From an uncultured Bdellovibrionales bacterium (GTDB lineage: Bacteria > Patescibacteriota > Minisyncoccia > Moranbacterales > UBA1568), in the NCBI GenBank assembly GCA_964597355.1, contig CAZQWS010000004.1:8645-72644 (forward strand): DNA of 64,000 nucleotides, read 5' to 3'. Below the pieces are notes generated by a model. It searched no databases. It was not told the origin of the DNA and saw only the letters and a list, made by a program, of their open reading frames with translations. This document shows, piece after piece, positions 10,195-21,373 of this stretch. Position 1 is the stretch's first letter. Every line of letters begins with the position of its first letter. Made by a program: the position numbers and the translations under genes.

Positions 10195-11289
10195 ATGGAG
10201 CGACTGGAAGCAGAAAAACGCCTTAAAGATCTTTTGAATTTTGTGGGCCAACAAGGAGCCTCTGATTTGCACCTGGTGATGGGGCGGTACCCAACGCTAC
10301 GCATCAATGGGAAGCTGATTCCGCTAACTAAAGAAGCCGTGCTGACACCTGAGGACACTAAGGCGATGAGCGAGGTGTTGCTTACTGATGACAAACGTGA
10401 AGAGTTGATGTCCGATGGGCAAGCTGACCTCTCATACAGCTTAGGGGACAAGGCCAGATATCGTGTCAATATTTTCTTTCAGAAGGGATCTATTTCTGTC
10501 GCGATGCGTTTTATATCGAGCAAGATTCGTCGGCTTGAGGAGCTTGGGGTGCCGGCTTCGCTCTACAACTTTACTACTGCTTCACAAGGATTAGTCCTTA
10601 TGACGGGGCCGGTCGGCCATGGCAAATCGACGACCCTAGCTGCTCTCGTTGACTATATTAACCGCAATCAAGAGAAACATATTGTAACTATCGAAGATCC
10701 GATAGAATTCGTTTATGCCCAGGATCGTTGTATTATCAACCAGCGTGAAGTTGGTCGGGATGCCAAGACGTTTTCCTCAGCGCTTCGAGCGGTGCTTCGG
10801 GAAGATGTTAACGTGGTGCTCCTGGGTGAGCTCCGCGATCTCGACACTATCTCTACGGCGATGACTGCCGCTGAAACAGGCCATCTTATTTTCGCGACGC
10901 TTCATACCAACGACGCATCGCAAACCATTGATCGTATTATCGATGTTTTCCCGGCCCATCAGCAGAACCAGATTCGACTTCAGTTGGCTAATGTGCTCCT
11001 GGGGGTCGTGTCACAACGCCTCCTTCCTGGTCTCGCTGGTGGCCGGGTACCGGCAGTTGAAATCATGTTCATGAATCATGCCGTCGAGAATCTCATTCGT
11101 GAAAACAAAACTCACCAGATTGACTCAGTTATTGAAACCAGTCTCAAAGAGGGGATGATTTCGCTTGATCGCTCTTTGGCTGATCTGGTACGGCGCGGTG
11201 TTGTTTCGGCAGAGGATGCGACTGCCTACGCCAAGAATCGTGATTATCTCGCGATGCTTGTCGGTCGGGGTGATGTAACTATGCAATAG
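10195..11289 (+). CDS. pilT: Type IV pilus retraction ATPase PilT
   Basis: ASDLHL, GPVGHGKST, TIEDPIEF, AAETGHL, AVENLIRE (AIRNLIRE-like). Confidence 0.93.
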   Translation: MERLEAEKRLKDLLNFVGQQGASDLHLVMGRYPTLRINGKLIPLTKEAVLTPEDTKAMSEVLLTDDKREELMSDGQADLSYSLGDKARYRVNIFFQKGSISVAMRFISSKIRRLEELGVPASLYNFTTASQGLVLMTGPVGHGKSTTLAALVDYINRNQEKHIVTIEDPIEFVYAQDRCIINQREVGRDAKTFSSALRAVLREDVNVVLLGELRDLDTISTAMTAAETGHLIFATLHTNDASQTIDRIIDVFPAHQQNQIRLQLANVLLGVVSQRLLPGLAGGRVPAVEIMFMNHAVENLIRENKTHQIDSVIETSLKEGMISLDRSLADLVRRGVVSAEDATAYAKNRDYLAMLVGRGDVTMQ

Positions 11290-11302
11290 CGGCGAGTAAA
11301 GT

Positions 11303-12517
11303 ATGAAGTACACATTTAAAGCAAAAACTGAGACAGGGGAAATCAAAGAGGGTTTGGTAGAAGCGGTATCACGCGAAGCAGCTATCGAAATTCTCCAGCG
11401 TAACGGGCTCATTCCTCTTATTGTGAAGACAGAGGGCGGCGGCAGTCTCCCGTTTCTTCGTAGTATACAGCGACTTTGGGAGGGAGTGTCTTCCAAGGAG
11501 CTTATGCTGGTGTTTCGTCAGTTAGCGACTCTCATCCAGGCTCGAGTGCCGGTGGTGACTTCCGTAGAAACCGTAGCGGTTCAGGTGGAGAATAAATACT
11601 TTCGTGTTGTCTTACATGAGATCAAAGAAGACATCGAGGATGGTATGTCGTTTTCTGAGGCATTGGAAAAGCATCCCCAGGTATTTAATGCTATGACAGT
11701 CAGTATTATCCGGGCAGGAGAGGTGTCAGGTACTCTTCAGCGTTCGATTGAGTTTGTTGCCAACAATACTGAGAAGAATTATCATCTCACCTCCAAAGTG
11801 CGTGGAGCGCTTTTTTATCCGGCCTTTGTGTTTCTCGTGGCGGGGATTGTCGGGTTCCTCGTTATCTCCTTTATCCTACCAAAGATCACGACCCTCATCA
11901 AAGATCTTAATGTCCCAGTGCCATGGTATACGACACTTCTCATGAATCTCGGAGACTTTATGCATACCTACTGGTGGGCGGTTATGGTGGTACTCCTTGC
12001 GCTGGCTGGGGGAGCAGTCTACTATCTTCATACTGATGTTGGTAAGAGAGAATGGGATCGGATTCTCCTCAAATTGCCAGTTTTCAAGCTTTTGGCTAAG
12101 TATGTCTATATCACTCGTTTTGCAGAAAACCTTGGGGCGCTGATGGCAGGAGGCATCCCCGTGGTACGAGCGCTTATTATTACGAGTGAAGTGGTGGGTA
12201 ATAGTGTCTACACAGGTATTATTCTCAAAGCGGCAGATGAGGTAAAAACTGGCGGATCGATCAGTACGGTATTTAATCGTTATCCCAAAGAGATTCCGCA
12301 CATTGTCAGTCAGATGATTCGGATTGGAGAGGAAACGGGCTCGACTGCCAATGTCCTCGAAGGCGTGGCCCAGTTTTACAATCAGGAAGTAGAAGTAATG
12401 ACGAGAAATTTGACGACTTTGATCGAACCACTTCTCATCGCGATACTAGGACTCGGTGTTGGAATTCTCACGGTGGGAGTACTCCTTCCGATTTACAATA
12501 TCGCCGGACAAATCTAA
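11303..12517 (+). CDS. pilC: Type IV pilus platform protein PilC (GspF family)
   Basis: FRQLATLI, AGEVSGTL, ALFYPAFV, GEETG, LIEP. Confidence 0.93.
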   Translation: MKYTFKAKTETGEIKEGLVEAVSREAAIEILQRNGLIPLIVKTEGGGSLPFLRSIQRLWEGVSSKELMLVFRQLATLIQARVPVVTSVETVAVQVENKYFRVVLHEIKEDIEDGMSFSEALEKHPQVFNAMTVSIIRAGEVSGTLQRSIEFVANNTEKNYHLTSKVRGALFYPAFVFLVAGIVGFLVISFILPKITTLIKDLNVPVPWYTTLLMNLGDFMHTYWWAVMVVLLALAGGAVYYLHTDVGKREWDRILLKLPVFKLLAKYVYITRFAENLGALMAGGIPVVRALIITSEVVGNSVYTGIILKAADEVKTGGSISTVFNRYPKEIPHIVSQMIRIGEETGSTANVLEGVAQFYNQEVEVMTRNLTTLIEPLLIAILGLGVGILTVGVLLPIYNIAGQI

Positions 12518-12699
12518 GTATGAAGCATACAGCTTGAAACTTAGAATATGCTGTTTTATGTTTCAAGTCTGATGTTCCATACCTTATGACCCATGTTTCA
12601 CGAGAGTGCGGGGTTGACAGGTTATTGGTATTTGGTCTGCACTAGGGTATACTGGAGATGTACAAAAAATAAAAACCAAAACAGAAAGGAGGTGAGAAT

Positions 12700-13092
12700 A
12701 TGAATAAAAAATTTAAAGGTTTCACCCTGATCGAACTCCTCATCGTAATTGCGATCATCGGTATTCTCGCCTCGATTGTGCTCGTATCTCTTTCAGGAGC
12801 TCGTGTGAAAGCAAAAGTTGCTTCGTACAAGGCTCAGGTGCACTCGGTGCAGGCTGCCGCTATTCTCGCATGTGACGACGCTACTCTGGTTGTTGGTGGT
12901 AATGTGAGCGAGCCAACCTCAGGAGTAAGCTACATTGGTGTTTTGGGTATTACTAGCCAAAACTGTACTACAACTGGTGCAGGTACTTTCACGATCGAAA
13001 CAGAAGCAGCTGGTACTGGTAACGCTAACTGTGAAGTAGCTGATAGTACTGACATCACTGAAAACGGTGTCGTGTTTCCAGCAGGTTGTTAG
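12700..13092 (+). CDS. Type IV pilin, probable major pilin
   Basis: [19 protein letters not shown] prepilin motif, strong SD AAAGGAGGTGA, four cysteines. Confidence 0.9.
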   Translation: MNKKFKGFTLIELLIVIAIIGILASIVLVSLSGARVKAKVASYKAQVHSVQAAAILACDDATLVVGGNVSEPTSGVSYIGVLGITSQNCTTTGAGTFTIETEAAGTGNANCEVADSTDITENGVVFPAGC

Positions 13093-13175
13093 TTCTTGGC
13101 TGATTGATTCATCAAGTTTTACTTGATGAATCTCTTCAGTTCGGACTCTTCTAAATTAGACTAATAATCGCTTTT

Positions 13176-13571
13176 GTGAAATCAAATCGAACTAGAGGCT
13201 TCACCCTTATCGAACTCCTCATCGTAATTGCGATCATCGGTATTCTCGCCTCGATTGTGCTCGTCTCACTTTCTGCTGGGCGCGAGAAAGCTAAAACAGC
13301 TCGTTTTAAGGCAGTAGTCCATTCAATTCAAACTGCTGCAATTGAAGCCTGTGACACGGGGGTTATTAACTATACTGATGTATCTGGATCATTTGGGGAT
13401 ATTCCCGATGATATAGGAGCTATTACCGATAATTCGCAAGACTGTGGTCCTAGTGCTTCCAATGACTTCAATGCAACAGTGCCAGCGGCTCTTCTTTCTG
13501 GAACATGTGATGCAGTGATTGAAGCAACAGGGATTACTTCCTTTACGGGTACTGCCCCTGGGTGCGTATAA
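13176..13571 (+). CDS. Type IV pilin paralog (GTG start)
   Basis: [19 protein letters not shown]; same four-Cys pattern as the upstream pilin. Confidence 0.88.
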   Translation: MKSNRTRGFTLIELLIVIAIIGILASIVLVSLSAGREKAKTARFKAVVHSIQTAAIEACDTGVINYTDVSGSFGDIPDDIGAITDNSQDCGPSASNDFNATVPAALLSGTCDAVIEATGITSFTGTAPGCV

Positions 13572-13595
13572 TCAGTATTTTCTCTTGAGTAAAGT

Positions 13596-13630
13596 AAGAG
13601 CCCCCATCAGAAATTGACGGGGGCTTTGTT
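13596..13630. terminator. Intrinsic terminator between convergent genes
   Basis: AAGAGCCCCCATCA-GAAAT-TGACGGGGGCTTTGTT stem-loop. Confidence 0.6.
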
Positions 13631-13656
13631 ATTGCAGGTGCTGCTGCTAGAAGTGA

Positions 13657-14891
13657 TCAGTGTTGCCAGAGGACGCCGTTGACGCCATCGCCATAGGGAT
13701 CGACCCGATCCCAACTACCGGAAACGTTCTTTTTGTACACCTCAAGGTGAATATGGTTGGCTCTATCTGCCCCGACGCTTCCCACATCAGCGATATACTG
13801 GCCGCGAGTGACGGGAGCGTAGCCCTGCGAGGCGATGGTCGACCACACGGAGTTTTCCAGGTTCTTGCTATGAAGAAACACGGTCATGTATTCGTCAGTG
13901 GATCCGTTGATGTACATCGGACCATGAAGAACATAGAAAGTGTGGTAGTTCCCCCATTTGACAGTGGTGGTCTCAGGAGCTGCAGCCAAAGGACATACCG
14001 CAGCATCTCTCCACACGTTAGCTGGTGAGCGCGGGGCTGTGAATTCGGTAGCTACACACAGCTTGCCATCGGCTGGAGCAAGGATATCTACTCCACTGGG
14101 TTGTGGGTAATCGTACCCTGGGTGCCCGTCGTAGCAGAGAGTCTTTTTGTTGAGGGTACCTCTCGTTCCAACATAGTTGATGATGCCAACCAGAAACGCT
14201 GTTCTATCTAGTTTCCAGCGGCAAGTACTTCCCGGAACTGGGCCCTCTGTACCCACTTCGCCATTGAAGGCAGTGACCCGATTGTCGGTATCGGCGACAT
14301 AGAGACCATTCATTGTGTGGTCCAAGACTGCTGATACTGGTGCAGTGTAGGCGGTGAGGTCGGCGAGAGGGAAGGAGAGGTAGCTCGGTTTTTGTCCACC
14401 GAAGCTGGATGCTGGAATTAGGAGTTCATTGGCAGCAACGTTGTAGAGGCCGAAGTTGCCATTGAAGTTATAAGCTTCGTTTTTGTAGTGAAGATCGCGA
14501 GTCGAGCGGAACAAGGTACCAAGACCGTAAGTTCGCGCTGTCACTTGAACTGGGTTCGAAAGACTTTGCCAAAGCCCATTCCACGATGAGCCATCATGTA
14601 CTTGCCAGATGCATATTCCGGGCGATGTATAGTAGTTCAGCTGGATGTCATAGCCAAAGGAGTTTTGCTCGAACTTTGGGGTGAAGTTATCTGGACAGTA
14701 AACAGCTACAACGCTTTTCCCATCAGGGGGTTGTTTAGTTCTACCTGTTGGATATGGGTGTAGGTGACTCCGTTGTAGAGGAACGGAATAGTTTGTGGAG
14801 GATCGGCCCAGGCGGCGGAGGCCGTGTTGGAGAACGGGACGAAGTAACACGCCGCGAAGAGCGCGTGTACGACACGGGAGACAATGCTCAT
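13657..14891 (-). pseudogene. Secreted M23-family metallopeptidase, frameshifted near the 5' end
   Basis: ATG14891 has a GAGG SD and a signal peptide (..NTASA|AWAD) but stops at 14706. One extra base near 14715-14730 joins it to the frame carrying HPGYD (HxxxD) and HIHLEV (HxH). Confidence 0.75.
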
Positions 14892-15075
14892 GATTTACCT
14901 CATCGGTTGGTTTGAGGAGAGGGTGGGATACGTTGGCGAGAGAGGTTTGGCTACATTTGCTTCTCCTTGGGTTGTTAATGGACAGTGGTAGAGTATACAA
15001 AATGTCCCGAGACAGGTCAATGTTTGGTATAATGGGCTTATATGTTTTTCACAACCTTTTTTCTGAGAAGAGCTT

Positions 15076-16305
15076 ATGGAAGTTAATCGAAAGCAACTTT
15101 TGTTTGTCGGGCTGAGTCTTGTTTTTACCTGTGGAGTTTTTCTTGCCGTAGTAAAGACGTTAGAGCTGATACAATTTGAAAACGACGTGCATCGAACTTC
15201 CCAGCAAAACTCTGAAATGGAACAAAATAGAGGTGTTCCCCAACGACAAGATCAGCTACCCCCTGAATCTGTAAATCAACGAAAGAAAGGGTGTACTCTG
15301 ATGCGAAGAGTAGGTGATAAGTTTGAAAATGTATTTGGACCAAGTTGCTATGGAAAGACCGTTCGATGGGAAAACTATATCTTTTTCTCGGAAGTAACCG
15401 AATATAAGCCTAAGGTTGGCAGTAATGTTATTCTTTTTTCTTACGATATTAATACCGGAGAAAAGAAAGAAGTTTATAATTTAGATGAGTATAGAGATGA
15501 GTTCCTTACAGAGTTCCCTTATGTCACCTACGAGGTTACTTTTTTAGATGTGATAGAAGGGAGATTGTACTTTTCATTAGGTGGATATGTGACAGGCTCT
15601 ATTCTGTATTCATTTGATTTACCACCCGTAGAAGGAACTGCTGAGTCAGTGGCTAAAGATTTTATAAGAATTGAGTACGGGGATGGTAGATACTGGTTGC
15701 ATAATTCGTTTGGTGATGCGTGTGTTGGATCAAATACGAGAGCAGTTTTTGATATTAATACTGGGAAAATTGGTAAAAAACTGACTGTTCAACAGGGCTG
15801 CAACGAGGGGGAAGATGTTATTGGAGCGAGCGATAAAGAGATATATATTAAGAAGTACTTCCAACAAAATATAGTCGCTGTAGAAACAGAAGGAATTCCT
15901 ACCCCTCCTACGATTCAGGAAATTTACTCATTAGACATTGATACCTTGAAAAAGAAGAGGGTTATCTTTAGCTCAAAGAACTTTTCAGGAGTAGTCAGTG
16001 ACGCACTCTATTTGTACGATAAAAAGAACTTCCTGCTTATTACTGATAATAACTTGGTCTTCTACTTTCCTGAGAGTTCAGGGTTGGAGAAAATTGCTAA
16101 TGTTGGTCAGTCGGAATTTGATATTCGCTTAAGTCGATTGGGAGATAGAATATGTTTGGATTGGAATGATGAAGTCGATTTGGAGAATAAAAAAATTATT
16201 AAAGATCAAGAAGATTGTCAGCAAGTACATTTGGATGATTCAATTCCCGAACAGATAGAACGATTCAATTTGCCAAAGGAGTATTTGATGGAAGTAACTT
16301 ATTAA
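15076..16305 (+). CDS. Hypothetical membrane-anchored extracellular protein, AT-rich
   Basis: 409 aa, N-terminal TM, beta-rich with Cys pairs; visibly lower GC than its neighbours. Confidence 0.7.
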   Translation: MEVNRKQLLFVGLSLVFTCGVFLAVVKTLELIQFENDVHRTSQQNSEMEQNRGVPQRQDQLPPESVNQRKKGCTLMRRVGDKFENVFGPSCYGKTVRWENYIFFSEVTEYKPKVGSNVILFSYDINTGEKKEVYNLDEYRDEFLTEFPYVTYEVTFLDVIEGRLYFSLGGYVTGSILYSFDLPPVEGTAESVAKDFIRIEYGDGRYWLHNSFGDACVGSNTRAVFDINTGKIGKKLTVQQGCNEGEDVIGASDKEIYIKKYFQQNIVAVETEGIPTPPTIQEIYSLDIDTLKKKRVIFSSKNFSGVVSDALYLYDKKNFLLITDNNLVFYFPESSGLEKIANVGQSEFDIRLSRLGDRICLDWNDEVDLENKKIIKDQEDCQQVHLDDSIPEQIERFNLPKEYLMEVTY

Positions 16306-16334
16306 GGAAGTGCCTTTGATAGTACGCTGAAGAT

Positions 16335-17156
16335 ATGGAAACGATATTCTTTTTTTTATTGGGGCTTATTATTGGGAGTTTTCTCAATGTAGTCGTGCTT
16401 CGCTTTGAGAAACAAGAGTCGCTGGGTGGTCGATCACATTGTCCTTATTGTGGAGTGCTCATTCATTGGTATGACAATATTCCGCTTCTCTCGTACTTGC
16501 TGCTTAGGGGGAAGTGTCGCTCTTGTGGGGAATCTATTTCCCTCCAGTACCCCTTGGTTGAATTTTTCACGGGGAGCATCTTTGTGTTTATCGGTCAGCT
16601 ATATTTTGCTTCGACGCTATTCGATCAGGAGGCAATGCTGACAACCGGTTGGTATCTGATGCTCTCGAGTGTACTCATTGCTGTCTTGGTAGCTGATCTT
16701 CGGACCATGGAGATCCCGCTCGTGTTTTTGGTGACTGGAGTTATTGGCTCAGTCTTGTTTATTCTCCTTGCTACTCTGCTTTTCCACTCAGATACCTGGA
16801 GTCTTCCAGGAGCATGGTGGCAGATGCAGCTCTTGGGTGGAGCGGTAGCAACTTTTCTTTTTTGGCTCCTCGTCTTTTTTTCCAAAGAAACCTGGATGGG
16901 GATGGGGGATGTCTGGCTGGCGGGGATAGTCGGACTGACGGTTGGAATAGAGCACCTCCTCTTTACACTGACACTTGGTTTTTTTTTGGGGGCAGCGATA
17001 GGGCTGGTGCTTATTTTGTTACAAAAGAAACAATTACAAAGCCAGATCCCTTTTGCTCCCTTTCTCATCGTAGGTCTTTTTATGAGCATGGGTATACTCT
17101 GGATCAATCCTGGATGGCTGCATTTGTTTCTTGTGCCGGTTTCAGCATTTCTCTAA
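16335..17156 (+). CDS. pilD: Prepilin peptidase PilD (A24)
   Basis: GSFLNVV, RSHCPYC..WYDNIPLLSYLLLRGKCRSC, MGMGD, IPFAPFL. Confidence 0.95.
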   Translation: METIFFFLLGLIIGSFLNVVVLRFEKQESLGGRSHCPYCGVLIHWYDNIPLLSYLLLRGKCRSCGESISLQYPLVEFFTGSIFVFIGQLYFASTLFDQEAMLTTGWYLMLSSVLIAVLVADLRTMEIPLVFLVTGVIGSVLFILLATLLFHSDTWSLPGAWWQMQLLGGAVATFLFWLLVFFSKETWMGMGDVWLAGIVGLTVGIEHLLFTLTLGFFLGAAIGLVLILLQKKQLQSQIPFAPFLIVGLFMSMGILWINPGWLHLFLVPVSAFL

Positions 17157-17198
17157 AGATAGGAAAAAACTTTTTCTCGAGGTAGAATAGAGAAGCCT

Positions 17199-17741
17199 AT
17201 GCTTGCTTCCCCAAAAAAAGTTCGCGGGTTTACCCTGATTGAAATGGTGATTGTGATCGCAATCATTGGTTTAACTTCGAGTATCGTCATTACATCGCTC
17301 TCATCAAATCGATCAGCTCGCGAAACTGATCGGGCCATACATGTGTTGGCCGGAGCTTTGCGTGAGGCTCAGAATTATGCCCTGACTGGAAAAAGCGTCA
17401 ACGCTGCTCAAGAAAATTGTTACTTCGCCATCCGTTTTACGAGTGCTACCCAGTACACATTGGCAAATTATTATCGTTCTGGAGGTGATTGTACTAGCTA
17501 TACGACCATCTCAACGACGACGCTTCCCAGCGGAGCGACGTTTACCGGGTTTGGGAGCTATCCTACGGTACTGGCTTTTGAGTTGCCTCGGGCCGAGGTG
17601 TACAGCGCCACGGACGGTGCCCTGGCCAATCTATTGATCGCTCAGCTTATCGGAGTCATGAAATCGAGTCAGACACACTATCTCTGCCTTTACCCGACTG
17701 GACGGGTTGAGGAAAGGGGTACAGACGCTAGTTGTCCATAA
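17199..17741 (+). CDS. Minor pilin (FimT/GspH-like)
   Basis: RG/FTLIEMVIVIAIIG; LREAQNYA. Confidence 0.85.
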   Translation: MLASPKKVRGFTLIEMVIVIAIIGLTSSIVITSLSSNRSARETDRAIHVLAGALREAQNYALTGKSVNAAQENCYFAIRFTSATQYTLANYYRSGGDCTSYTTISTTTLPSGATFTGFGSYPTVLAFELPRAEVYSATDGALANLLIAQLIGVMKSSQTHYLCLYPTGRVEERGTDASCP

Positions 17742-18325
17742 AAGATTGTATTATGCCCCCCTCTTTTCTTAATGTATCTAATCGTACCAAAGGTTTTACG
17801 ATAGGAGAGGTAGTACTCTCTAGTTTTGTGATGACCCTGGGCATTGTTTCTGTGCTGGGACTTATTACGTTTTCTTTCCAATCTTCGGTTGAATCTCAAA
17901 ACCTGATCGTGGCTTCAGAACTTGCCCAGGAAGGAGTGGAATTGGTAAGGAATATTCGAGACAATGCTTTGGTAGATAAGATCGCTACCGGCTCGCCGAC
18001 AGATGTTTTTTCGGTTGGTAATTGGCCAGCAGGAGTCAATAGTCGCTGTATTATTGACTACAATGACGTAGCTTTGAGTTGCGGCGGCCCTGATCCTCAA
18101 CTTGTTTTGACGGGGGGATTTTATGGACATTCAGCCGGAGTCGGTCGTTTCTATCGTTTGCTCAAAATCGATCATACCGGAGGATCTGATACGGCTCGAG
18201 TGAAGAGCTTTGTTACCTGGCAAAATCCAGAGGGCAACCTAAACGGTGTCGGTGGGGATACTGCCTGGTGTACCATTGCCAATAAGTGTACGTATACTGA
18301 AGTTTTCTTAACTGAGTGGAAGTAA
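17732..18325 (+). CDS. Minor pilin (PilV-like); start may be ATG17753
   Basis: KG/FTIGEVV; ASELAQEGVELVRNIRD. Confidence 0.8.
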   Translation: MSIKDCIMPPSFLNVSNRTKGFTIGEVVLSSFVMTLGIVSVLGLITFSFQSSVESQNLIVASELAQEGVELVRNIRDNALVDKIATGSPTDVFSVGNWPAGVNSRCIIDYNDVALSCGGPDPQLVLTGGFYGHSAGVGRFYRLLKIDHTGGSDTARVKSFVTWQNPEGNLNGVGGDTAWCTIANKCTYTEVFLTEWK

Positions 18326-18927
18326 TACCTATGACATCTTTGTTTTTACGTCGGAAAAAATGTAAAGGCTATACCCTAGTCGAAATCGTAGCTGCGCTTG
18401 GAGCATTTACACTCATTATGTTGACGGTTACCCAAATCTTTGGGCGTTCTTTGGTTTCTTATCGTGAAACCAAGAAGACACAGACAAATCTAGAGACAGC
18501 CCAATCGGCTTTGAATCTGATGGCCAAGGAACTTCGTACGTCGAGCATCGTAGATGCGAGTGCGGGGGCGACCATCTCTTCGATTAAGTTTTTTGATTAT
18601 TCTCAGAACCGGTGTATTGAGTACGTCTTTCATGAAACCGATGCACAGATTACTCGTCGAGAAGTCGACTACGTAGATCCAGATCCTGCTGATAATCTTG
18701 TAGATGAACAATGGAATTATTGTAGTGGTCATACGTTCGTCAGTGCTCCAGAAGTCCTTTTGGTTGGTCTCTCGGAGCAGTCTCTCAATGTGGTTACCTC
18801 TGTTATGCCCAATCCTGATCCTCGAGTGGGCAGAGTCTCAGTCGTAGTAACGGTTGGCCAGGGGAGCAATGCTACCACACTTCAGACGACAGTTTCCCTC
18901 CGCGACTTCAACTACACGGGGACCTAG
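18316..18927 (+). CDS. Minor pilin (PilW/PulJ-like); start may be ATG18331
   Basis: KG/YTLVEIV; LNLMAKELR; LQTTVSLRD. Confidence 0.8.
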   Translation: MEVIPMTSLFLRRKKCKGYTLVEIVAALGAFTLIMLTVTQIFGRSLVSYRETKKTQTNLETAQSALNLMAKELRTSSIVDASAGATISSIKFFDYSQNRCIEYVFHETDAQITRREVDYVDPDPADNLVDEQWNYCSGHTFVSAPEVLLVGLSEQSLNVVTSVMPNPDPRVGRVSVVVTVGQGSNATTLQTTVSLRDFNYTGT

Positions 18928-18996
18928 TATCCCTGGTATACGGGAGAGAAAAATGAGAGAGATTGGACTCATGACAAACAGGCTAAATGCTGATAG

Positions 18997-21084
<2,088 letters not shown>

Positions 21085-21088
21085 ACCT

Positions 21089-21370
21089 ATGTCGCTCAGT
21101 CGTGAGGAAGTACAACATATCGCTCGGCTCGCTCGAATCGGGCTAACAGAAAAAGAAGAGGAAAAATTCCAAGGAGATCTTTCTTCTGTTTTTGGTTTGA
21201 TTGAGGAACTCAAAAAAGCCAGGGTGGGGGAGGAACATGTAACCATTGAAAATAGGGGTATGAACCGTTCACGAGAGGATGTGGCGGTGCAGCAGGATGA
21301 TTCGAGTGAAATAGCCAAGAATTTTCCCAGCCATAAAGATGGTTTTAATAAAGTACGCTCTGTCTTTTAG
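21089..21370 (+). CDS. gatC: Asp/Glu-tRNA amidotransferase subunit C
   Basis: LSREEVQHIARLARI; precedes gatA. Confidence 0.92.
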   Translation: MSLSREEVQHIARLARIGLTEKEEEKFQGDLSSVFGLIEELKKARVGEEHVTIENRGMNRSREDVAVQQDDSSEIAKNFPSHKDGFNKVRSVF

Positions 21371-21373
21371 CCT

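Noticed and set aside
12730-13264. Diversity-generating retroelement TR/VR pair
   Set aside because: The repeat is the conserved pilin N-terminus, it shows no adenine-specific mismatches, and there is no reverse transcriptase in the window.
14892-15000. N-terminal extension of the ORF-track 447-aa M23 protein
   Set aside because: It overlaps the promoter region and looks non-coding. The real start with SD and signal peptide is at 14891 in another frame.
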